Positions 39,500 to 47,539 of a DNA stretch of 64,000 nt are shown piece after piece. The position numbers and the translations under genes were made by a program. The DNA is taken from IMG/VR virus record IMGVR_UViG_3300032220_002272. One strand, given 5' to 3'. Source of the DNA: an uncultured virus (IMG/VR IMGVR_UViG_3300032220_002272). Its lineage: Duplodnaviria; Heunggongvirae; Uroviricota; Caudoviricetes. Position 1 is the first letter of the stretch. The number at the start of each line of letters is the position of its first letter. The notes beneath the pieces are model-generated. The model was not told the DNA's origin and did no database searches. It was given only the letters and a program-made list of their open reading frames with translations.

Positions 39500-39533
39500 T
39501 TGCATCTGCAATGTAGACGTATACATTGCAGAT
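39500..39533 (+). promoter_or_regulatory. Promoter/operator of the PadR-like gene
   Basis: Perfect 12-bp inverted repeat ATCTGCAATGTA-N6-TACATTGCAGAT overlapping TTGCAT/TACATT hexamers. Confidence 0.65.
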
Positions 39534-39544
39534 AAGGAGGCCCT

Positions 39545-39859
39545 ATGATCGGAAAACTGGAAGAGGTTGTGCTGCTCGCCGCGATTCGCGCAGGCGCGGG
39601 TTCGTTGCCGAGCGGCATCTATGAGCACATCGTGGCGACCGTGCCTGAAGGCGAAAAGGAACCGGCGTTCGGCGCGGTCTACACGACCATCATGCGTATG
39701 GCGGCGAAGGGCATGCTGTCCGAAGGCGCAAAAACTGACGACAAGGGCCGGCCGCGCAAGTCCTTCACCGTCACCGCCGATGGTACGCGGGCGTTGCAGG
39801 CCGGGTTGTCGCAGACGGCTGCCCTTGGCGGCTATCAGCTGAAGGGAGCACTGGCATGA
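39545..39859 (+). CDS. PadR-family winged-helix regulator
   Basis: IGKLEEVVLLA, GAVYTTIMRM..KG, GRPRKSFTVTADG. Confidence 0.85.
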   Translation: MIGKLEEVVLLAAIRAGAGSLPSGIYEHIVATVPEGEKEPAFGAVYTTIMRMAAKGMLSEGAKTDDKGRPRKSFTVTADGTRALQAGLSQTAALGGYQLKGALA

Positions 39860-40353
39860 GTACCGAAGAACGTACTCCCCTTTCCGCGGAGCAGCTGGAC
39901 GATCTGCTGAAGAACCTCGAACCGGGCAGCGACATTGCTGAATCGATCGTCCGCGCTCAACGCGGCGAGGGCAAGTTGTATTGGCTTACGGAAAAAAGCA
40001 TTTCCCCCTCGCTCCATGCCTTCCGCATTTTGGCTCAGCTGTCCTCCAAAGGGGCATCCTTCAGCCAGCTGGTGGCGCAAGCGAAGCAACTGGCGACGCC
40101 CGGCGACAACGCGCCGCCGTCGACGTTCTTGCTCGATCTGCTCATGAAGCCGGACGAGGCGAAGGACGCCGCCGCCAATCTGGAGGATTACTATCCTGTG
40201 TGGGTGGCGAAGCACGGCGCACGTCGAGCGTCGCGCATATTTCGGTTCCAGGCGAGCCGCATTCTCGTTGGCTACTGGTGGGGCCGGATCATGACGCAGG
40301 TCGAGCGCGTCGTGAAAACGGTCAGCGTGTTCGTCCGTCCCGGCGGAAATTGA
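39856..40353 (+). CDS. Hypothetical protein with permease-prefix-like C-terminal domain
   Basis: PPSTFLLDLL..ANLEDYY..HGARRASRIFRFQ; ATGA-coupled to PadR. Confidence 0.55.
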   Translation: MSTEERTPLSAEQLDDLLKNLEPGSDIAESIVRAQRGEGKLYWLTEKSISPSLHAFRILAQLSSKGASFSQLVAQAKQLATPGDNAPPSTFLLDLLMKPDEAKDAAANLEDYYPVWVAKHGARRASRIFRFQASRILVGYWWGRIMTQVERVVKTVSVFVRPGGN

Positions 40354-40374
40354 CGGACGGCGCCAGATGGGGAG

Positions 40375-40426
40375 TGCGGCAATGCCGTATTTCATCATTG
40401 ACATTGCTACGGCAATGCCGTATTTG
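40375..40426 (+). promoter_or_regulatory. TA promoter with two palindromic operators
   Basis: T(G/A)CGGCAATGCCGTA at 40375 and 40408; TTGACA at 40398 with TATTTG 17 bp later. Confidence 0.7.
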
Positions 40427-40431
40427 GCGCC

Positions 40432-40770
40432 ATGCACACGGTGATCGAAACCAATGCCTACCTTCGCGCTGCGAAGCTGGCCGGTGTCGATGACGATGAG
40501 CGCTCCGCGATCGTTGACCTGATCGCGGAGAACCCGGAGGCCGGCGACATAATGCCCGGATGCGGCGGCGCGCGAAAGCTTCGCGTGGCGCGTGAGGGCG
40601 GCGGAAAGTCAGGCGGCTATCGGGTCGTGACCTACTTTGCGGGTGAGGCGTTTCCGGTGTTCCTGCTCACGGTCTTCCCGAAGAATGTGAAGACCAACCT
40701 TACCAAGGACGAGCAGAACACGTTTGCCAGCGCCTGCAAGCGGCTGACTGATGGACTTGGAGGACGATAA
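40432..40770 (+). CDS. higB: RelE/HigB-family toxin
   Basis: NPEAGDIMPGCGGARKLR..GKSGGYRVV. Confidence 0.88.
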   Translation: MHTVIETNAYLRAAKLAGVDDDERSAIVDLIAENPEAGDIMPGCGGARKLRVAREGGGKSGGYRVVTYFAGEAFPVFLLTVFPKNVKTNLTKDEQNTFASACKRLTDGLGGR

Positions 40771-41063
40771 TGGCTCGCAAGGCATTCGACATGATGATGG
40801 ACGGCATCGCCGATGCCATCGCCTATGTTGAGGGTGACGAAAGCAAGGCGCGCGTCGCGAAGCCGATCGACGCCAAGGCCGTGCGCGTGGCCACCAAGAA
40901 GACGCAGGCCGAATTTGCGCAAACCTATCACCTCCCCATTGGGACAGTGCGGGATTGGGAGCAGAAACGGCGCTATCCTGATGCGCCCGCGCGCGCCTTC
41001 CTGGCGATGATCGAGGCCGAACCGGAGACGGTCGAGCGGCTGATGGCGAAGGTATCCGCGTAA
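40770..41063 (+). CDS. higA: HTH-XRE antitoxin
   Basis: TQAEFA..TVRDWEQKRRYPDAPARA; toxin-first order. Confidence 0.88.
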   Translation: MARKAFDMMMDGIADAIAYVEGDESKARVAKPIDAKAVRVATKKTQAEFAQTYHLPIGTVRDWEQKRRYPDAPARAFLAMIEAEPETVERLMAKVSA

Positions 41064-41315
41064 TTACCCCATCGTAAGGGGACGCCGCCGCCGCCGTTGA
41101 TCGGAAGCGTCCGCAGGCCCCTCCACGACATACACGCTGGCGCGGGTAATCGTGACCCGCGCAGAGGCACCCTCGACGACGTAGAGCGCGCCGCGGGAGG
41201 CAAAGCATCGCGCCGCCGCGCCCTCGACCGCGTACAGGCTGGCGCGCGAGACGTTCGCACCGCCAGCGCTCCCCTCAACCGCATAGAGGCTCGCGTGGCT
41301 CACTTCGGCCGTCAT
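41064..41315 (-). CDS. Small protein with four ~17-aa repeats
   Basis: Repeats ASLYAVEG, ASLYAVEG, GALYVVEG, ASVYVVEG; TGATG coupling. Confidence 0.6.
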   Translation of the reverse strand: MTAEVSHASLYAVEGSAGGANVSRASLYAVEGAAARCFASRGALYVVEGASARVTITRASVYVVEGPADASDQRRRRRPLTMG

Positions 41316-42283
41316 CAGGCCAGCGCCTCGAAACCAAATTCGCCGTTGGCGTGATCGATCGCGCGCCAGGCGCCCCCGGTCACAGGATCCCCGTCGAAAA
41401 TGGTAAGCGAGCCGGCAAACCCCGGCCCGATTCGCGCGGCATAGCCACCCCGATAGAGCTTCCCGTCGACGCGCAGCAGCGCGCGGACGTTCTGCGGCGC
41501 GTCCCCATCGTCGTTGCGAAGGCGCGCGCCGATGGCAACGGCCTTCACGATGTTGCCCGCTGGCGTGGCGGACAGCGCAGGCCCTGTGTACGTCGCCATC
41601 TGGCCTACGTCCGTCGCGCCGATCGTGGTGGTATCGTCAAGTGCAGCCTTGCCGATCGCGGCGACATCCCCGGACCAGTCCGCCGCCGCGCCCGCCGCGG
41701 TGGGGCGGCGGACGCGGACGGTATGGCCGATCGTCCCATAGCTGGCGGCGATGACATCGCGGATCGTCTGGCCGTCATATCCCGATGCCCCGCGGAAACG
41801 CAGGCGTCCGACGTTGCCGATACCCGACGTGTCGATGCCCTTCAGGTCGAGCAGCAGTCCTCCGTTCCAGAAAAGCGCGATTCGCCCCTCGCTCCCATCG
41901 ACAACGATCAGCGCGTCGAGTGCCCCGGAATTGAGCGCCGGAAAGTCGCCCGCGGTTCGCCATGCCCCGTCGGGGCCGCGAAAGCGGAACGTCATGCCGC
42001 GGTTCGCATTGCCCTCCGCCTGCACCGCATCCGCCCCGGCAGCCGTCATCCAGGTGATCGGGAACCGGCCGCGGTCATAGGTGCCGTAGGCCGGGGCGAG
42101 CGCGACATGCGTCCACAGCCGCTTCAGCGATGCCCCGGCGCCGGTTGCCGGGTCGATCAGTACCGCGTCGGCATAGGCCGCAGCGCTGGTCCCGATCTCC
42201 ACCGCGGCGTCGCCGGCCGCGCGCGGCTGCGTCGGGGACAATTCATAGGCGTCGACGCCGCCCGCCGCGAAATATGTCGGCAT
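41315..42283 (-). CDS. Beta-rich putative virion/adhesin protein
   Basis: 322 aa, beta-strand rich, coupled to neighbours; function inferred. Confidence 0.55.
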   Translation of the reverse strand: MPTYFAAGGVDAYELSPTQPRAAGDAAVEIGTSAAAYADAVLIDPATGAGASLKRLWTHVALAPAYGTYDRGRFPITWMTAAGADAVQAEGNANRGMTFRFRGPDGAWRTAGDFPALNSGALDALIVVDGSEGRIALFWNGGLLLDLKGIDTSGIGNVGRLRFRGASGYDGQTIRDVIAASYGTIGHTVRVRRPTAAGAAADWSGDVAAIGKAALDDTTTIGATDVGQMATYTGPALSATPAGNIVKAVAIGARLRNDDGDAPQNVRALLRVDGKLYRGGYAARIGPGFAGSLTIFDGDPVTGGAWRAIDHANGEFGFEALA

Positions 42284-42771
42284 CAGATGGCCACCCCGGA
42301 AATTGTGAAGCGTAGGCGCGCGATGGTCGGGTCAACGACTTCCGGCGCGATGACGGTGACGATATCTCCGACCGCGATCGAGTACCGGCGGTCGAAGGAA
42401 TTGACGAACAGACTCGTCCCATCACTTCCGATGGTCAGCGCCCCGATCGCCTGCCCGTTGACCGACAATTCCGCCGACCAGAACGTCGACGGCGGTGTGC
42501 CGACGCTGGCGACGCAACCCGCGAAGTCCGCCGCCAGGACGTGCGGCGCCGCCGCGACATGATCGAGGAGAATTTCCTTCGACGCGACATCCCCCACGGC
42601 GAAACCGCCGAAGCGATAGAAGCCAGTGATGGTGTCGGGGGCAGGATCGATCCCCCGCAGGATCGTTGCAACCGGGATCGCGATTTGTCGGCCATCCTGG
42701 AAGGCGGCAAGGAGCTCTCCCCCATCAAGTGGGCGCGATGGGCCGGGATAGGCCGCAATAGTCGAGAACAT
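42283..42771 (-). CDS. Fibre-like protein
   Basis: GGAG RBS; N-terminal LDGGELLAAFQDG motif; C-terminal FAGCVASVG...VNG...GDIVTVIAP...DPTIA domain. Confidence 0.55.
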   Translation of the reverse strand: MFSTIAAYPGPSRPLDGGELLAAFQDGRQIAIPVATILRGIDPAPDTITGFYRFGGFAVGDVASKEILLDHVAAAPHVLAADFAGCVASVGTPPSTFWSAELSVNGQAIGALTIGSDGTSLFVNSFDRRYSIAVGDIVTVIAPEVVDPTIARLRFTISGVAI

Positions 42772-42877
42772 ATTCACTCCGGCGGTAATTTCCGCGCGAA
42801 CCGTTATTGCGCCGCGCGGCGTTGGCGTTGAGAATATCGGCGCGTTGCGCGTTGATGCGCAGAACAGGAGACGGTCG

Positions 42878-43204
42878 ATGCTGAAGACATTTGGTTTGCT
42901 GATCGCGCTTGGCGGAGTTTCGATAGCGGCCACGATGCCGGCGACGGCCTCGCTCTACCCGTCGTACATCCGCAAACATTACCCCAAGTCGATCCAGCCA
43001 CTGCTGCTGCGGGAAAATGCTTTGGACGATCAATGCAGCGGCGCGTCTGGCGACCTGCCCTCCACCCAGCGAGCCTGCCGGCAGCGCGACGGAGTCGTAA
43101 GGCAGCTGAAGGCGAAGGGGTGGTGCTGGGGATCGAAAGACCCAGACGCTATTGGGGCAGACATGACATGGCTGCTGTGCCGGGATGATCGGTCGGGCGG
43201 ATAA
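42878..43204 (+). CDS. Secreted 4-Cys protein, candidate inhibitor of the satellite TMP hydrolase
   Basis: AGGAG RBS, signal peptide, convergent with the satellite TMP; function inferred. Confidence 0.65.
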   Translation: MLKTFGLLIALGGVSIAATMPATASLYPSYIRKHYPKSIQPLLLRENALDDQCSGASGDLPSTQRACRQRDGVVRQLKAKGWCWGSKDPDAIGADMTWLLCRDDRSGG

Positions 43205-43209
43205 GCCGA

Positions 43210-44856
43210 CTAGCGGCTGTTACTGAATGCGTGGCTGATCGCGCCGCCGGCTCTTGCAGTCGCCTTCACGCCAGCGGGCGCGTTTTTGAACTCGATCTCG
43301 AGCAAAATGCGCTCCGCGATGTTCGCACGATCGGCGCTATCTCGGTCCTTTTCTTTGGGTCGCTCGTAATATCGGGTGATGGCTTCGGCCTTATCACCGG
43401 TCCCTTGTGCTTGCGAAATCAGCCGCGCGGCCTTCTTCTCAGTGTGACCCAGCTCCCATTTGCGGAACCGCTGCTGATCCTCATACGACGAACCGTATAT
43501 GCTTTTCCCCATCGCCTTCTGGAAGTCGATGCGGCGATCGTTCTTTTTATCGTAGGCACCCCATTGAAAGAGACCGTACCCTGGCCCCTTCGGTTGCTGT
43601 CGGTGCGGATCATTGTTGCTCTCGGCTTCGCCGACCGCAGCCCAAGCGGCAGCTTCGTCGGCTGGCATGCCTTCCGAACGATACCTGAGATAATGCTTAC
43701 TCGCGGCGCGCGCCAAGCTATCGACCTTCTTCGGGCTAAACCGCCCACCGCGGCGCCACCCCTTGGTGTAGCCGGAGGGCGGCGCTGACACTCCACCGCT
43801 CTCCACGCCGCCGCCTGCGGGGGCGGGCGATGCCTCCGAACCGCTGGCGCCGCCGCCCTTGGTCAGCGCCTCGTATCCCGCAATGGCGCCATCGCCGACC
43901 GTCTTGACCGCCGTCGCATTCGCGCGCTGCACGGCATTCAGGCCCTTTCCCGCCCACTGCATCGCCTTCGTGTCGCGCCGGGTGATATCGCGCCCGAGCT
44001 TCACGTCGTCGTCGGTGATGACGGTGCCGTTCTCGCCGTAATCCTTCATGTCCGCCGACAGCGCGGCACCCCCTTGGGTGAAGGCGGCGAGCGCGCCATC
44101 CGATATGCCCAGGGCGCGGCCGGCCGTCCGTTGCCCGGACGAGTTTTGCCGAGAGATGGCATTGGCGATCGAGGGGATCATGGCCTCCACGTCGACGGTG
44201 CCGTCGTCTTTCGTCTTCATGGCGACGCCCATCTTGGACAGGATCGCCAGCGCCCCGGAGTTGCGGCCGTACCTCGCATCGTTGAGCGTCTGCGACAGAC
44301 CGGCCATGGACCCCATCGCCGTATTCTTGTCGACTCCGACCCGCTCAGCAGCCCCCGCGAACTCCTGTAGGCCCTTTGTGCTGACGCCCATGAGGGATGC
44401 CATGTTGCCGAGCTGGTTCGCACCCTTGCCCCACGAGTCTGCCAGCTTCACCATACCGGCCGCCAGGCCGACGACGGCCGCGCCGGCCGTCAGCGCCGCG
44501 CCGCCGATCCCGACGATACCAGCCTCCAGGGCGCCCGCACCGACTGCGGCCTCGCCCATCGATCCGCCGGCGAGGGTCGCCATGTTGCGGATCGCGCCTA
44601 GGCGGCTGATGACGCCGGAACCGTTGCTACCCAGGGGGCCGGCGAAGGCGCGTTCGGTCGCGCGCTCCACCTCGCCGAACGTGCGCGTGATGCCACGCCC
44701 CCAACGCGATATGCCGCGCTGGGTCGCCCCCATGCCCCGGTCAGCGCCCTTCGCCATTTTTTTGGTCGCGCCGTCAAAGCGACGTTCCGCTTTGGCGATG
44801 CCCTTCGCCGTCTTGTCGTTGGCGACGATATCGATGCCGACGCGAGGTGCGTTCAT
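43210..44856 (-). CDS. Satellite tape measure paralogue with phage-tail-lysozyme-like domain
   Basis: Shares IDIxANDxTAKG, LSQTLNDARYGRN, DDGTV, RQNSSG and AISHA with the helper TMP; AES..GYGLFQW...WEL...YYERP. Confidence 0.85.
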   Translation of the reverse strand: MNAPRVGIDIVANDKTAKGIAKAERRFDGATKKMAKGADRGMGATQRGISRWGRGITRTFGEVERATERAFAGPLGSNGSGVISRLGAIRNMATLAGGSMGEAAVGAGALEAGIVGIGGAALTAGAAVVGLAAGMVKLADSWGKGANQLGNMASLMGVSTKGLQEFAGAAERVGVDKNTAMGSMAGLSQTLNDARYGRNSGALAILSKMGVAMKTKDDGTVDVEAMIPSIANAISRQNSSGQRTAGRALGISDGALAAFTQGGAALSADMKDYGENGTVITDDDVKLGRDITRRDTKAMQWAGKGLNAVQRANATAVKTVGDGAIAGYEALTKGGGASGSEASPAPAGGGVESGGVSAPPSGYTKGWRRGGRFSPKKVDSLARAASKHYLRYRSEGMPADEAAAWAAVGEAESNNDPHRQQPKGPGYGLFQWGAYDKKNDRRIDFQKAMGKSIYGSSYEDQQRFRKWELGHTEKKAARLISQAQGTGDKAEAITRYYERPKEKDRDSADRANIAERILLEIEFKNAPAGVKATARAGGAISHAFSNSR

Positions 44857-44936
44857 GCTGCATTCCTTAAGGGAGACCTGCGCCGACGTCGCGGCGAGGG
44901 TAGGCCGGCGGGACGATTACCGCCGGCCGGGATCGA

Positions 44937-45098
44937 TCAGGCGTCAGCCTGCGGAGCGAACTCGAGGCCGGCCCACTGGCACCAGCGCCAGAGGTCCGAC
45001 CACCGGCGCGCGGCGATCACGTCGGGCGCCTGCCCGTAGCGCATCGCCAGCGCGTCGATCAGCGGTCCCCAGCCGGCAGGCCGGGCACGAGAAAATTT
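44937..45098 (-). CDS. -1 frameshift extension of the satellite chaperone
   Basis: A AAT TTT heptamer; -1 frame RPAGWGPLIDALAMRYGQAPDVIAARRWS is homologous to the helper extension. Confidence 0.75.
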   Translation of the reverse strand, partial: KFSRARPAGWGPLIDALAMRYGQAPDVIAARRWSDLWRWCQWAGLEFAPQADA

Positions 45099-45625
45099 GC
45101 CAGATAGCTCCCCGCCGCCACCAGGTCCCGCGCCCCCAGCTTGTGGAGCGCCACCTCCGGCACACCGGATACCGCGCCGATAATTTTCAGATCGGCGAGG
45201 ATCCCGTCCGCCTTATCCCACTCGATCAGCTGGTTCGCCGTCGGCTCATGGAGCGCGATCTGACGATAGGTCGTCTCGCCGTGCTCGATCGGATACCGCA
45301 AGTCGATGACGAGCTCGGCGGGTACGTCCTGCGGCTGATCGACGCTGACTAGGCCGAACGCGTTGACGAACTCCGCTGCGGCGATGATGTCGCGGGCGAC
45401 GAGCTGGCCAATGACGCTGACCGGTCGGCCCGATACGACCGACACTGCAACGATGTTTGCTTCGATGCCGGACAGGTGCGCCCATCGCAACATTTCGCCC
45501 GCGCGAGGCTCCCGCAGATCAAGGGTCGCGACCGACTCGTCGAGGAAGGGGACGGGCTTGCGCAGGGTAAGGGTCCGGGTGTCCGGCATGATATCAGCCA
45601 TGGCGGGGGTATCGGTATCGTTCAT
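45059..45625 (-). CDS. Satellite tail assembly chaperone with two tandem gp41-like domains
   Basis: LRKPV..LREPRAGE..VSGRP and LRYPI..LHEPTANQ..VSGVP; similar to 22648-23001. Confidence 0.8.
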   Translation of the reverse strand: MNDTDTPAMADIMPDTRTLTLRKPVPFLDESVATLDLREPRAGEMLRWAHLSGIEANIVAVSVVSGRPVSVIGQLVARDIIAAAEFVNAFGLVSVDQPQDVPAELVIDLRYPIEHGETTYRQIALHEPTANQLIEWDKADGILADLKIIGAVSGVPEVALHKLGARDLVAAGSYLANFLVPGLPAGDR

Positions 45626-45720
45626 CTGTCGTCTCCAGGAGGGCGCGGGGTAGCGCGTTGACGGCCGCCAGAAGGCGGCGGTTATCGTGATCGGAAGGCG
45701 TGACCCGGTGGGGCGGCGCG

Positions 45721-46143
45721 TCAGGCGGTGAGGAAGTCGCGGATCGTGGCGAGCGTCGCCGCACGGACGCCGGCGTCCTGGCGGACGAACAGGCCATCCC
45801 CGTCGTTGAGCGCGGTGACGGGGCGAAGGCCCCAGCCAGCACCGTTCGCCGGCAGCGCGAAGGCTGATGCCGTTCCCGTGGTGATCCAGGCGATCAGCTG
45901 GTCGACCGTCGCAATGCCGCAGCCGCCGGTTGCGCCGCTCATGACGCGCAGCTGCTCCGTGCCGCTGATCGCGGTGACGGCCGGTTGACCGACCGGCGGA
46001 TTGGGCGCGCCCGCGCCGATCGGTTGGCCGCGGACGATCTGGCGCAGCTGCGCGAGCGTCACCGTGCCACCGCGTCCGGCGACGTTGAGCGGAATGCCTT
46101 CGCTCCCGTCGAGCGGAAATGCGGGGGGTGAGAATGCGACCAT
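45721..46143 (-). CDS. Protein with three fibre-type repeats
   Basis: LDGSE..TLAQL / ISGTE..TVDQL / LNDGD..TLATI; AAGGA RBS. Confidence 0.55.
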   Translation of the reverse strand: MVAFSPPAFPLDGSEGIPLNVAGRGGTVTLAQLRQIVRGQPIGAGAPNPPVGQPAVTAISGTEQLRVMSGATGGCGIATVDQLIAWITTGTASAFALPANGAGWGLRPVTALNDGDGLFVRQDAGVRAATLATIRDFLTA

Positions 46144-46205
46144 GAGGTGTCCTTTCGTGCGGTCGAGGATGAGAGGGGAGGCGCGGGCTTGGCCGCAGCG
46201 CGCCG

Positions 46206-46931
46206 ATGGCGCAGGCTGCGCGCATGACGATCGAAGTGACCAAGATGATTGAGCCGGCGAAGGCCGTGCTTGCCCCCGCTGGGAACACATTGAGCGAGGC
46301 GTGGGCCGGCGTGATCGGTGATCGCGTCGCCGCGTGGCGCCTGAAGAACGCCGCCGCGTTACAGGTAAAAGTGAACGAGGAATGCGCGGCGTTGGGGCTG
46401 AAGGTCGACCGCGCCAAGATCCCCGAACGCTATGCGATCGCGTGGTTCGAGGAAGCGACGAAACAGGACGAGCCGGAGATACAGACGCTATTCGCACGCC
46501 TGCTAGCGCGGGCCACAGCGGGGGATGACGATGCCGGCGACCGCCGCCTACTGGCGATCGTCAGCCAACTGACGCCGATTGATGCGAAGGTGCTGGAGTG
46601 GCTGTTCAAAAGGGTAGGGCACCCCACTGCGTTTCCGCAGATCGAAGAATTCGTGGCTTGGCGTGAGGTCAAAGACGAGTTTGGCGAACGCGCGCTCATC
46701 TCACTCGACCAATTCGTCGTGCTTGGAATATTCGAACGGCAGTATTCATTGCGCAACGACGCCGGCCTATCGTCATGGCATTCGGTAGAGTCCGGGATGT
46801 CGATCAGTCGCCTAGCGGAAGACATCACGGGCAATATGACGGTCACGCCCGATCTGTCCGCAACGCCTTTGGGATTGGCGCTGTATAAGGCCTGCCTTTC
46901 TGGCAACCCCCAGGAAGTCACCGGGGGGTGA
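46206..46931 (+). CDS. Abi-alpha (DUF4393)-like protein
   Basis: WRLKNA...EEATKQDEPEIQTLFARLLA...IVSQLTPIDAKVL. Confidence 0.7.
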   Translation: MAQAARMTIEVTKMIEPAKAVLAPAGNTLSEAWAGVIGDRVAAWRLKNAAALQVKVNEECAALGLKVDRAKIPERYAIAWFEEATKQDEPEIQTLFARLLARATAGDDDAGDRRLLAIVSQLTPIDAKVLEWLFKRVGHPTAFPQIEEFVAWREVKDEFGERALISLDQFVVLGIFERQYSLRNDAGLSSWHSVESGMSISRLAEDITGNMTVTPDLSATPLGLALYKACLSGNPQEVTGG

Positions 46932-47505
46932 GGCGAGGGTCCGTCAAGTCTTGCTCGAAAATCTCCAGCGAGGCGAGACGAGCGCGGACGTGCCGGTGTA
47001 GGACCGCTTGCACCGCGTCCACCCGACCGGGGATCCCCAGGTCAGCCGCGACGGCCGCCGCGATGCCCCCCGGCCACCGGTCCCACCCCGCGTCCTTACA
47101 CGCCTCGTCCCAGGCGGCGTGATCCGCAGCGTCTAGGGCTTCCACCCGATCGGCTTCGTCGCCGCTCTCGATCCACGTCCGCAGTTGCGTCGACATAGTG
47201 TTGGGGTTGCCGAGCCGATGCCAGCCCGCCCAGGGGGACGGCGCCGGCAGCACCTCAACGGGCTTGCCGGCGACATACCCCATGCCAGGCCGATCGATCA
47301 GGCCGCGGACGCCCTCAGTACGCCTTCCACCGTGCGCCTTTACCCGGAAACGGCCCTTGCCGGCCGCCTGCATCTTGGCGTCCGACGCCGCCGCATCGAC
47401 CTGATCGCCTTGCATGACGAGGTATCCACGGTCCTGCCATTTCTTCGCGGCCTGACGGCTGGCGCTGTGGGTGGCCGCATAGGCGGTCAGGGACATGAGG
47501 GTCAT
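46918..47505 (-). CDS. terS: Satellite terminase small subunit paralogue
   Basis: MTLMSLTAYAATHSASRQA vs helper MTLLSITAYAETHGMKRQA; C-terminal W..WP..IA..VAADLGI; adjacent to the cos copy. Confidence 0.78.
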   Translation of the reverse strand: MTLMSLTAYAATHSASRQAAKKWQDRGYLVMQGDQVDAAASDAKMQAAGKGRFRVKAHGGRRTEGVRGLIDRPGMGYVAGKPVEVLPAPSPWAGWHRLGNPNTMSTQLRTWIESGDEADRVEALDAADHAAWDEACKDAGWDRWPGGIAAAVAADLGIPGRVDAVQAVLHRHVRARLASLEIFEQDLTDPRLTPR

Positions 47506-47539
47506 CAAACGCTCCGGTGTTAAATGGTTGCAGGTCATG

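Noticed and set aside
45626..46417. N-terminal extension making a 452-aa ORF (likewise extensions on portal, DnaN, gp47 and terS ORFs)
   Set aside because: They overlap better-supported genes; internal starts with RBS or translational coupling fit better.
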